Counted from the first letter of the stretch, positions 8,400-16,468 are shown. The stretch is DNA of 37,893 nt from an uncultured Oscillospiraceae bacterium (GCA_964642465.1 CAZXRD010000004.1:1-37893), one strand, 5' to 3'. Notes: generated from the sequence alone by a model not told the origin. Made by a program: numbers and translations.

Positions 8400-8436
8400 G
8401 AAAATCGCCTCCTTTTTACAGCAAGTAGCACGCAGC

Positions 8437-9306
8437 TCACTTTTTGATGATTGTATACTGGTAGACCGGCCCTTCGTCCTGAAGCACTTCCAGCTCTCCG
8501 TCCACATTGAACAGGGGCCGGACGCCGACTACATCATTGTTTGCATAGGTATAACCCACGGCACCGTATGTAAACATGGCCCGCTGCAGGTAGCTGTACA
8601 AATAACTTGGGGTCCGCATCCAGTACCACCAACCGTGCTTAACATCATACACATGGGGCACGTCCACAACGCCGGGGACCTGGGGCGGGTTCCAGCCACG
8701 GCCGCCGAACTTTTCCAGATCCTCGTCTGTGGGAATGGCCCGGAAAAGGCTTAAATCGTAGAAAATGGGCAGGGGCTTGCCCTCTGCAATGCCGCACTCG
8801 TCCCCCTTGTTCATCTCGGTCCGGCTGGGCAGGAAGACCTTGGCCTTTACATAGGTGAGCTCCGCTTTCTGCTTGCCTTTCCGCTCCAAAACCGGGATAT
8901 CCCGCTCCACAAGGGCGTCCTTAAAGGTCTGGGAAAACCGGGTGAGATAGCCGGGATGATCGGCATAGGGCTGCTCCCCATAACGGGTATACTCGGCCAC
9001 CGGCGGCGTGTCTGTTGGATGCGTGGGCTTATACCAGTCCGCTTCATCGGAGTTAAGCCACTGGTGGATGTTGCTCTTGGCATAGTTGTTGCTGCCGTAC
9101 TCGGAGACCAGGCTGTAGATATTCTTGCCCGGCGTATCCGGCTCAGCGGCGTCAAAACAGGCGACACCGGTAATTTTTTCAGACAACAGGGTCGTGCAGC
9201 CCTCGTAACCGGGGTGACTTTGGGCGGCGACTCGGAAAATATTGTGCCCCTCGCAGTCGAATACTCGTACGCCAATGCGCAGATCTTTCATTTTCATAGT
9301 GGTCAT
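8437..9306 (-). CDS. Hypothetical protein with DUF6273-like signature, no signal peptide
   Basis: Motifs SNIHQWLNS, KVFLPSRTE, WWYWMRTP and VVGVRPLFNV recall DUF6273. AAGGAGG precedes the ATG at 9306. Confidence 0.6.
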   Translation of the reverse strand: MTTMKMKDLRIGVRVFDCEGHNIFRVAAQSHPGYEGCTTLLSEKITGVACFDAAEPDTPGKNIYSLVSEYGSNNYAKSNIHQWLNSDEADWYKPTHPTDTPPVAEYTRYGEQPYADHPGYLTRFSQTFKDALVERDIPVLERKGKQKAELTYVKAKVFLPSRTEMNKGDECGIAEGKPLPIFYDLSLFRAIPTDEDLEKFGGRGWNPPQVPGVVDVPHVYDVKHGWWYWMRTPSYLYSYLQRAMFTYGAVGYTYANNDVVGVRPLFNVDGELEVLQDEGPVYQYTIIKK

Positions 9307-9319
9307 CCTCTCCACCTCC

Positions 9320-9559
9320 TTAGTGGGAATGGGTGCAGGCGGGGCCGTGCACCAGTTCCGGATGACCTTCGGCGATCAGCATACGGTTGATTTCCGCATG
9401 GTGCCGAGTGCAATAGAAGCAATAGCCGTGGTTGGGGCAGGTGCGGGCTTTGCAGGGACATTTGGGGTTCATACGCAGATCCTCGGGGATAATGCTATAC
9501 ATGATATCAATGCCGGGTTCTTCAGGGTTTTGTTCCAGTTCAATGTACTCAATTTGCAT
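9320..9559 (-). CDS. Small Cys/His-rich protein (79 aa), putative metal-binding (DUF6485-like pattern)
   Basis: Acidic N-terminus followed by CPCKARTCPNHGYCFYCTRHH (CxCx4Cx5Cx2Cx2HH). GAGGAGG lies 7 nt upstream of the ATG at 9559. Confidence 0.6.
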   Translation of the reverse strand: MQIEYIELEQNPEEPGIDIMYSIIPEDLRMNPKCPCKARTCPNHGYCFYCTRHHAEINRMLIAEGHPELVHGPACTHSH

Positions 9560-9603
9560 CAGGTATCCTCCTCTTTTTCCGCAATATTTAACCTTCTATC
9601 CAG

Positions 9604-9646
9604 ATGAAAAAGGCCGTGCGGAACCCAAAACATGGTTCCGCACGGC
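9604..9646 (-). terminator. Rho-independent terminator of the carbohydrate operon
   Basis: 13-bp stem (9613-9625 / 9634-9646), followed on the minus strand by CTTTTTC. Confidence 0.75.
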
Positions 9647-9693
9647 TTTGCGTGGTTCGAATGATTTAAAATTAAATGCTATGCCGGCGGGAC

Positions 9694-10593
9694 CTAGCCA
9701 CGGGTGATTTCTGTACCAGAGACCTTCTCATAGTACTTGGCAATGGCACTATGGTCGCTCTGTCCTTCGCCATCTGCACGCAAGGTCTGGAGCATCTCCA
9801 TAACCAGAGAGGTGAGGGGCAGGGGGGAGCCCACTGCATGGCCGGTCTCCAGGACATTGTTCAGATCCTTGATGTGCAGGTCAATCTTGAAGCCGGGTTT
9901 GAAGTTCCGGTCCAGAATCATGGGAACTTTGGCGTTCATAACGGTGGAACCGGCCAGGCCGCCCTTAATGGCGTCAAAAACCAGAGCGGGGTCTACACCG
10001 GCCTTTTTGGCCAGAAGGAAGCCCTCAGAAACGGCGGCGATGTTCAGGGCAACAATGACCTGGTTTGCCAGCTTGGTGGTGTTGCCGGCGCCAATAGCGC
10101 CACAGTAGACAGCGCTGCCGCCCATGACCATGAGGATGTCATACACTTCATCGAAAACGGCCTTGTTACCGCCGACCATGATGGAGATAGTGCCGTCAAT
10201 GGCCTTGGGCTCGCCACCGGAAACAGGGGCGTCAAGCATCTTTACGCCCTTAGCGGCGCAGGCCTTCTCGATCTCCTGGGAGGCCAGGGGAGCGATGGAG
10301 CTCATGTCCACCAGGATGGTGCCGGGCTTGGCGCCTTCCAGGACGCCGTTTTCACCCATAACAACGGACTTTACGTGGGGGGAGTTGGGCAGCATGGTGA
10401 TGATCAGGGGGCACTGCTCAGCAACATCTTTGGAGGAGGTGCCGGCCTTAGCGCCAGCGGCAACCACGTTGTCCACGTTCTCTTTGATCACATCGTACAC
10501 AACCAGCTCGTGACCGGCCTTGATGAGGTTCTTAGCCATGGGCTTACCCATAATGCCCAGGCCGATAAATCCGATTTTCATTGTATTATTCAT
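9694..10593 (-). CDS. garR: 2-hydroxy-3-oxopropionate (tartronate semialdehyde) reductase-like beta-hydroxyacid dehydrogenase
   Basis: Sequence KIGFIGLGIMGKPMAKNL...MLPNSPHV...DAPVSGGEPKAIDGT...GAGNTTKLANQ...FKIDLHIKDL. It looks near-collinear with my recollection of E. coli GarR. The start may be the ATG at 10581. Confidence 0.8.
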   Translation of the reverse strand: MNNTMKIGFIGLGIMGKPMAKNLIKAGHELVVYDVIKENVDNVVAAGAKAGTSSKDVAEQCPLIITMLPNSPHVKSVVMGENGVLEGAKPGTILVDMSSIAPLASQEIEKACAAKGVKMLDAPVSGGEPKAIDGTISIMVGGNKAVFDEVYDILMVMGGSAVYCGAIGAGNTTKLANQVIVALNIAAVSEGFLLAKKAGVDPALVFDAIKGGLAGSTVMNAKVPMILDRNFKPGFKIDLHIKDLNNVLETGHAVGSPLPLTSLVMEMLQTLRADGEGQSDHSAIAKYYEKVSGTEITRG

Positions 10594-10666
10594 CCTTTCC
10601 TTTGTGATTGGAGGCTAGGAATGGGCGCTTTTCGTACCCATTCCCAACGATTCCATTATAAACCAA

Positions 10667-11590
10667 TTATTTGACCTTTTCAACTGCCTTAATAATATTC
10701 TCCGTGGTGAGGCCCATGTAGTTCAAAATATCATTATAGCTGTGTGCACTGGAGCCAAACTGATCCTGAATGCCCATGAACTCAATGGGTTTGCACTCCT
10801 TGCACAGGGCACGGGCAATAGCGGCGCCCAGGCCGTTGATCACGTTGTGCTCTTCCACGGTGACAACGCCCTTGCAGTCCTTAGCAGCCTCGATGATCAG
10901 ATCGGGGTTCATGGGCTTGATGGTGGAGACGTTGACAACCTTTACAGAGACCTTGCCCTCCAGGGCCTTAGCAGCTTCCATAGCGTTCACCAGCATGCGG
11001 CCGCAGCCAAAGATGACGACGTCGGTGCCCTCTTTCAAAACGGTGGGGACACCCAGCTGGAAGGGCTTGCCCTCCTCAGTGACATTTTCGTAGTCGTTCC
11101 GGTTGATGCGGATGTAGCAGGGGCCGTTGTAATCGACCATGAACTTCACAGCTTCAACGGTCTCGTTGGCGTCGGCGGGGCAGATAACGGTCATATTGGG
11201 GATGGAGCTCATAATGGCCATATCCTCAACGGACTGGTGGGTAGCACCATCGCCGAAGTCGGAGCAGCCGGCGGAAGAGCCGCAGATCTTCACATTCAGC
11301 TTGCCAATGCAGATGGTTTGCCGGATCTGGTCGAAAGCACGGCCAGCGGAGAACACGGCAAAGGAGTTGGTGAAAGGAATTTTGCCAGTCTGGGCCAGGC
11401 CGGCGGCCATGGAGGTCATATTGGCCTCGGCAATGCCGCACTCAAAGTGTCGGTCCGGATAAGCCTTGCGGAACAGGGAGGACTGGGTGGAATTGCCCAG
11501 GTCGGCCTCCAGCATAACAATGTTTTTATTGGTTGCGCCCAGCTTGACCAAGGTCTCGCCGTAGGCGGTTCTCTGATTTGTGTAAGCCAT
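10667..11590 (-). CDS. Transketolase, C-terminal (pyrimidine-binding) subunit
   Basis: 307 aa. Sequence TAYGETLVKLG...ECGIAEANM...GATHQSVEDMA is typical of the split-transketolase B subunit. Confidence 0.9.
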   Translation of the reverse strand: MAYTNQRTAYGETLVKLGATNKNIVMLEADLGNSTQSSLFRKAYPDRHFECGIAEANMTSMAAGLAQTGKIPFTNSFAVFSAGRAFDQIRQTICIGKLNVKICGSSAGCSDFGDGATHQSVEDMAIMSSIPNMTVICPADANETVEAVKFMVDYNGPCYIRINRNDYENVTEEGKPFQLGVPTVLKEGTDVVIFGCGRMLVNAMEAAKALEGKVSVKVVNVSTIKPMNPDLIIEAAKDCKGVVTVEEHNVINGLGAAIARALCKECKPIEFMGIQDQFGSSAHSYNDILNYMGLTTENIIKAVEKVK

Positions 11591-11611
11591 GAAATAAAAC
11601 CTCCATTCAGA

Positions 11612-12436
11612 TTAAGCCAGCTCTTCCAGAGCCTGCTTGTAAGTTTCCTCGGTCAAAGCGCCATTGTGGAAAGAGGGGTTATTTTCCGCAAAGCTTACGC
11701 CCTTGCCCTTGACGGTGTGTGCAATGATCACAGTGGGCACGCCCTTAATGGTGTCGGCCTCATCCAATGCAGTCAGGATATCTTCCATGTTGTGGCCATC
11801 GATCTCAATGACGTGCCAGCCAAAGCTCTGCCATTTGGAGGTGAGGGGGGTGGCCTTCATCAGGTTCTTCATAAAGCCGGTTGCCTGCATCCGGTTCTGG
11901 TCTACAATGGCGACCAGATTGTCGGCCTTGAAGTTGGCGGCAGCCATAGCGGCCTCCCAGATCTGGCCTTCTTCGCACTCGCCATCGCCTACCAGGACGT
12001 AGACCTTGCGATTTTCAATCTTATCCAGCTTCATGCCCAGCGCCATGCCCAGGCCAATGGAGAGCCCCTGGCCCAAAGAGCCGGTGCCAGCCTCAATACC
12101 GGGGGTCTTCAGCACGTCCGGATGGCCCTGGAGGTAGAAGCCCACTTCCTTGGTGTGCTTCAGATCCTCTACCGGGAAATAGCCGGCCTCAGCCAGGGCG
12201 GCGTACTGCAGAATAGCCACGTGGCCCTTGCTCAGCAGGAAGCGATCCCGATCGGGCATCTTGGGGTTCTTGGGGTCATAATGCATTTTGTGGAAGAAGA
12301 GGGCGGCGACAATATCAGCGGAGGAGTTAGAACCGCCAACATGTCCGGCGACGCCGACACCGATGCTGTAAATTACATCCCGCCGGAGCTGCTGGGCCTT
12401 TTCCTTCAGGCCGTCAATCAATTCTTTACTGTACAT
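11612..12436 (-). CDS. Transketolase, N-terminal (thiamine-diphosphate-binding) subunit
   Basis: 274 aa. Contains GHVGGS, SKGH and the GDGECEEGQIWEA TPP motif. Confidence 0.9.
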   Translation of the reverse strand: MYSKELIDGLKEKAQQLRRDVIYSIGVGVAGHVGGSNSSADIVAALFFHKMHYDPKNPKMPDRDRFLLSKGHVAILQYAALAEAGYFPVEDLKHTKEVGFYLQGHPDVLKTPGIEAGTGSLGQGLSIGLGMALGMKLDKIENRKVYVLVGDGECEEGQIWEAAMAAANFKADNLVAIVDQNRMQATGFMKNLMKATPLTSKWQSFGWHVIEIDGHNMEDILTALDEADTIKGVPTVIIAHTVKGKGVSFAENNPSFHNGALTEETYKQALEELA

Positions 12437-12453
12437 ATTCGGTGTTCCTTTCT

Positions 12454-13257
12454 CTAAAAAAACTTTTTAAAAAATGCGATGGTGAGAGGGGCGTAATGGT
12501 CAAAATCGTCTGTGAAAGCCTCACAGCTGACTCTGGCGTCATACTCTGCCGCCTTCAGCGCATTTATAAACGAGGTGTAGTCTGACTCATGAATATCGGT
12601 GGGGTATGTGCGGCCACCCTCGGGGTAGGCCATATGCACATGGCGCAGATAAGCCTTACCGTCGTCTGCCACATGGGAAACCGGCTCGTGTTCCTCAGTC
12701 AGGTGATAATAATCCACCAGAACCTTGATGTTGTCCCGATCCACATCCTTGGCCAACTGAACACCTTCGGCAAAGGAATTGATCAGGTTGCACTCCGCTT
12801 TCCGCAAGGGTTCGATGACGATGGTAATGTTATACCGCTTAGCGATGGGGGAGACAATGTCCCGGAGCAGGGGAATCAGCTGTTTGTATCCCTCTTCCAA
12901 AGGAAAGCCGTCCGGAACCTGCTTAGCGCCGCCGCTGCCGAACACCACATTTTCCACACCCAGCCGGCCAGCTCTCGCCAAAGCACGTTCTACATAGTCT
13001 TGCACCTGGGCAGCGTCCACCTCAGGGCCGGTAAGCCGGACCGAGGCGGGGAAGAAGTTGTTGCAGACCTCGCAGCGGATGGGGGAGGCCTCAATCTCTT
13101 TCACCATGGCATCAAACTCGCTATCCGACAGATCCATAATCTGTGCCAAGGGCAACTCCACATAGTCAAAGCCCAAAGGCGCCAGCTTGGGGAAGAAATT
13201 GAACCCAGTGGGGCATTCCGGCGTGGCCAGCATATTTACACAGCATCCAAAACGCAT
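12454..13257 (-). CDS. Sugar(-phosphate) isomerase/epimerase, xylose-isomerase-like TIM barrel
   Basis: 267 aa. Begins MRFGCC..., then GFDYVELPL and IVIEPL, a pattern typical of the AP_endonuc_2 TIM-barrel family. Confidence 0.75.
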   Translation of the reverse strand: MRFGCCVNMLATPECPTGFNFFPKLAPLGFDYVELPLAQIMDLSDSEFDAMVKEIEASPIRCEVCNNFFPASVRLTGPEVDAAQVQDYVERALARAGRLGVENVVFGSGGAKQVPDGFPLEEGYKQLIPLLRDIVSPIAKRYNITIVIEPLRKAECNLINSFAEGVQLAKDVDRDNIKVLVDYYHLTEEHEPVSHVADDGKAYLRHVHMAYPEGGRTYPTDIHESDYTSFINALKAAEYDARVSCEAFTDDFDHYAPLTIAFFKKFF

Positions 13258-13273
13258 AGCCGATACCGCCTTT

Positions 13274-14302
13274 CTACTTGGTGGGGTCGATCAGGACCTT
13301 GATATAATCATCCGGATTGGCCAGAGCCTTGGGGAACATGTCCACAGCCTCTTCCAAGGAGACAACACAAGAGATGAGATCTTCCGGATGCAGCTTGCCG
13401 CTGACCAATAGATCCACAACCTCGCCGAACTCCTCATGGGTGTAGTTAAAACTACCCAGAATGCGCCGCGCCAAGCAGACGACATCCTGCATGTTGATCT
13501 CCATTTCCTTTTGAGACATACCGACCCATACGGCCGTGCCGCCGAAACGCAGGGCCTTAATGGACTGATTTGCCGTGGCCTGTACGCCAACGGCCTCAAT
13601 AGAGACGTCCACCATGATGGTATCGGTATGGTCAGAGATGACCTGGAGATAATCTTCGTTCTTGGGGTTGATGGTGATGTCCGCACCCAGCCGCTTTGCA
13701 GTGGCCAGACGGGCATCGCTCAAATCGGAGACGAAAATCTGCTTGGGCTTCTGAATGGCAACCAGCTGCAAGATGCACAGGCCAATGGTACCGGCGCCAA
13801 TAATCAAGACATTCTTATCCGTTAAATCACCGACCTTTGCTACAGCGCCGTGGGCTACAGCATAGGGCTCAGCGGTAGCGGCAAACTCATAGGAATAGCC
13901 CTCAGGCAGCTTGTACATCAATTTTTCCGGCACAGCCACATATTCGGCCATAGCGCCGTCTTCTTCCAGCACGCCGAAGAAGAGGCGGTTTAAGCACATG
14001 TTGGTGAGGCCTTCTTTGCAGTTGACACATTCGCCGCAGAAGTTGATGGGCTGTACCACAACGCCGTCCCCAACTTTAAATTTTGTAACTTCAGAGCCAA
14101 GCTCTACCACTTCGCCGGAGAACTCGTGACCCATGGTCATCGGGGGAATCCGGCGCCCGGTTTTCCCTAAGTATCCGTGCAGGTCACTGCCGCAGATGCC
14201 CACGTCCCGGACTTTCAGCAGGACTTCATTGGGCTTCGGCACCGGCTTTGGCACATCTTGAACTTCCAACTGGTTGGGGCCGAGATAACGAAGTGCTCTC
14301 AT
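13274..14302 (-). CDS. Zn-dependent MDR-family alcohol/polyol dehydrogenase
   Basis: GICGSDLH and GHEFSGEV (catalytic Zn), CGECVNCKEGLTNMC (structural Zn) and GAGTIGL (NAD fold). AAGGAGG lies 8 nt upstream of the ATG. Confidence 0.85.
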   Translation of the reverse strand: MRALRYLGPNQLEVQDVPKPVPKPNEVLLKVRDVGICGSDLHGYLGKTGRRIPPMTMGHEFSGEVVELGSEVTKFKVGDGVVVQPINFCGECVNCKEGLTNMCLNRLFFGVLEEDGAMAEYVAVPEKLMYKLPEGYSYEFAATAEPYAVAHGAVAKVGDLTDKNVLIIGAGTIGLCILQLVAIQKPKQIFVSDLSDARLATAKRLGADITINPKNEDYLQVISDHTDTIMVDVSIEAVGVQATANQSIKALRFGGTAVWVGMSQKEMEINMQDVVCLARRILGSFNYTHEEFGEVVDLLVSGKLHPEDLISCVVSLEEAVDMFPKALANPDDYIKVLIDPTK

Positions 14303-14419
14303 AAATACTACCTCCTTAAAATACCGCCAAATTCCCCTGGCGGAAGGAAAAAATAAGGGAAAAAATCAAAGCTGTATGACAATCATTCAGCCTTTCGGCC
14401 TCTGAGCATACTTATCATC

Positions 14420-14448
14420 AGTATACTGTTGTCCATCCGAAAATGCAA
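14420..14448 (-). promoter_or_regulatory. Candidate promoter of the carbohydrate operon (TTGCAT-17 bp-TATACT)
   Basis: Minus-strand TTGCAT at 14448-14443 and TATACT at 14425-14420, giving a leader of about 110 nt. Confidence 0.5.
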
Positions 14449-14562
14449 TAAAATTTTTTGAAAATATGGCCAAATCGCTTATGAAAAAATTCAATAAATT
14501 GTATATCCAAAAGTTATAGACATGCAGATATAGTTGCCAAGCGCAACCGGGCATCTCATGAC

Positions 14563-14591
14563 TTGTAATTTTGCCTGGCTTCCGATATAAT
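14563..14591 (+). promoter_or_regulatory. Candidate tgt promoter (TTGTAA-17 bp-TATAAT)
   Basis: TTGTAA at 14563-14568 and TATAAT at 14586-14591. Confidence 0.4.
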
Positions 14592-14684
14592 ACTGCAAAC
14601 AGAGACCGCAAACGGATCAAGGCCTCTGTTTTTCACCGGAGGCACATGTGACCAAGTATGCCGGCCGGGAGAATGGGAGGCACT

Positions 14685-15815
14685 ATGTTTACAGTATTAA
14701 AAACGGACGGCAAGGCCAGGCGAGGCCGTTTTGAAACGCCTCATGGCACGGTGGAGACGCCGGTGTTTATGAACGTGGGGACCCAAGCGGCGATTAAAGG
14801 CGGCATTTCTGCTTTGGACTTGAAGACCTTGGGATGTCAGATCGAACTTTCCAATACCTATCATCTCCATGTGCGCCCGGGAGAGGGGATCGTTCGCCGC
14901 CAAGGGGGCCTGCACCGGTTCATGCGCTGGGATCGGCCTATTTTAACGGACAGCGGCGGGTTTCAGATTTATTCGCTTGCGTCCCTGCGAAATATTAAAG
15001 AGGAAGGGGTTTCCTTCCATTCCCATGTAGATGGGCGGAAAATCTTTATGGCCCCGGAGGACAGTATCCGGATTCAATCCGCTTTGGGCTCCGATGTGGC
15101 CATGGCTTTAGATGAATGCATTAAAATCCCCTCGCCAAAAGATTATGTGCAGCGCTCATGTGAGCGGACTCTGCGCTGGCTGCGCCGGTGCAAGGAAGAG
15201 CTGGACCGGCTGAACGCCCAACCAGATACGGTAAACCCGGGCCAAGTGCTCTTTGGCATCAACCAGGGGGCCACGTTTGCCGACATCCGCATTTGGCATA
15301 TGCAGGCCATTGCGGAGCTGGATTTGGCGGGATACGCCATTGGGGGCCTAGCGGTAGGGGAGACGGCAGAAGAGATGTATGAAACCATTGAGGCGGTAGA
15401 GGTCTATGCGCCGGCGGACAAGCCCAGGTATCTCATGGGCGTGGGTACGCCGACCAATATTATAGAGGCTGTGTACCGGGGCGTAGACTTTTTTGACTGT
15501 GTCATGCCGGCCCGAAATGGTCGACATGGACACTTTTATACCTGGGATGGCATCATCAATATATTAAATGAGAAATACGCCGAGGACAGCGGCCCCATTG
15601 ACCCGGCTTGCAACTGCCCGGTGTGCCAGAATTTCTCCAGGGCTTACATCCGACACCTGCTGAAGGCGGGAGAGCTTCTGGGGCTGCGGCTGGGCGTTAT
15701 GCACAACCTATATTTTTATAACCATCTGATGGAGGAGATCCGCAACGCCATTGATATAGGCGGGCTGGAAGAATTCCGCAAAACCTATTCCGGCCGGCTT
15801 TCCCAGCGGATTTAG
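14685..15815 (+). CDS. tgt: tRNA-guanine transglycosylase (queuine tRNA-ribosyltransferase)
   Basis: Contains TPVFMNVGT, DSGGFQ, the Zn site CNCPVCQNFSRAYIRH and MHNLYFY. GGGAGG precedes the ATG at 14685. Confidence 0.95.
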   Translation: MFTVLKTDGKARRGRFETPHGTVETPVFMNVGTQAAIKGGISALDLKTLGCQIELSNTYHLHVRPGEGIVRRQGGLHRFMRWDRPILTDSGGFQIYSLASLRNIKEEGVSFHSHVDGRKIFMAPEDSIRIQSALGSDVAMALDECIKIPSPKDYVQRSCERTLRWLRRCKEELDRLNAQPDTVNPGQVLFGINQGATFADIRIWHMQAIAELDLAGYAIGGLAVGETAEEMYETIEAVEVYAPADKPRYLMGVGTPTNIIEAVYRGVDFFDCVMPARNGRHGHFYTWDGIINILNEKYAEDSGPIDPACNCPVCQNFSRAYIRHLLKAGELLGLRLGVMHNLYFYNHLMEEIRNAIDIGGLEEFRKTYSGRLSQRI

Positions 15816-15835
15816 GAAAATTTACAAAGAAAAAC

Positions 15836-15864
15836 TTGAAATTTCTAGATAAAGCAGATATACT
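15836..15864 (+). promoter_or_regulatory. Candidate yajC promoter (TTGAAA-17 bp-TATACT)
   Basis: TTGAAA at 15836-15841 and TATACT at 15859-15864. Confidence 0.55.
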
Positions 15865-15902
15865 ATTTCAAACATGCTGAGCATATGGAGGTTTATTAGT
15901 AG

Positions 15903-16175
15903 ATGGAGTGGCTCAATTCTAGTTACGGCTCAATTATCATTCTGGTTGTTTTTGTGGCGATTTTCTATTTTTTTGTGATTCGCCCGGAGAACAAGAAAAA
16001 GAAGAAGTTAAATGAAATGCGCAATGCGCTATCTGTGGGGGACGAGATTGTAACCATTGGCGGCCTCTGTGGCAAGATCTGCGCTATTAAAGATGAATAC
16101 ATTGTTTTTGAAACTGGGGAAGACCGGGTGCGGATTGAAGTGCTGAAAAGCGCTGTTTCCTCTAAAGAAAACTAA
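15903..16175 (+). CDS. yajC: Preprotein translocase subunit YajC
   Basis: One TM helix followed by RPENKKKKKLNEMRNALSVGDEIVTIGGLCG. Confidence 0.9.
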   Translation: MEWLNSSYGSIIILVVFVAIFYFFVIRPENKKKKKLNEMRNALSVGDEIVTIGGLCGKICAIKDEYIVFETGEDRVRIEVLKSAVSSKEN

Positions 16176-16194
16176 AAACAACGGAAGATGTATC

Positions 16195-16226
16195 GGAGAC
16201 GGGAGTTCCCGTCTCCGTTTTTTTAT
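16195..16226 (+). terminator. Rho-independent terminator
   Basis: Stem CGGAGACGGG/CCCGTCTCCG with a 4-nt loop, followed by TTTTTTT. Confidence 0.85.
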
Positions 16227-16321
16227 GCATATTTCCGGCCGACTGCCGCTGCGCAGATGCATGAAATGGCCAGGACAAGAATACAATGTGGTACAAACTA
16301 TTCCTTTAGGAGGTAAGTGCC

Positions 16322-16468
16322 ATGACAAAAAAAGAGGCAACTGGAGGCAGCGGCAAAAGAATGGCTCTTAATCTGGGCTTTTGCGTGGTAATCTCTTTGG
16401 CCATGGTGTCTCTGCTGACGTTGCTGCTTTCCGCACTCATTTTTCCGACAAATTGGATATTCAGATGA
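16322..16468 (+). CDS. Small membrane protein (48 aa), or the N-terminal fragment of a frameshifted TIGR04086/YrzE-like membrane protein
   Basis: AGGAGG at 16308-16313 lies 8 nt before the ATG. One clear TM helix (LNLGFCVVISLAMVSLLTLLLSALIF). Its TGA overlaps the next ATG (ATGA at 16465-16468). Confidence 0.45.
   Translation: MTKKEATGGSGKRMALNLGFCVVISLAMVSLLTLLLSALIFPTNWIFR

Noticed and set aside
8400-8507. ATG at 8507 as the start of the CocE/NonD gene
   Set aside because: It has no SD and would overlap the upstream gene by 71 nt. A strong SD sits at 8417-8408 just after the upstream stop. I kept the question as an open finding rather than a firm call.
9676-10674. 332-aa plus-strand ORF
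   Set aside because: It is antisense to the GarR-like gene. The composition is low-complexity Gly/Ala/Asp-rich, with no motifs and no SD.
10742-12457. 571-aa ORF on the plus strand
   Set aside because: It lies entirely antisense to the two transketolase subunit genes, which have clear family motifs. Its product is low-complexity (G/A/L/H/D-rich) with no SD and no recognisable domain. This is a typical shadow ORF of GC-rich codon usage.
14387-14620. 77-aa minus-strand ORF in the intergenic region between the dehydrogenase gene and tgt
   Set aside because: It has no SD, is AT-rich, and spans both divergent promoter candidates. It is more likely non-coding regulatory DNA.
14560-14684. preQ1 riboswitch upstream of tgt
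   Set aside because: It would make functional sense, but I cannot find the preQ1-I or preQ1-II consensus (a short hairpin plus an A-rich tail with conserved CCC/UAAAAAACUA-like elements). Only a generic hairpin followed by a T run is present.
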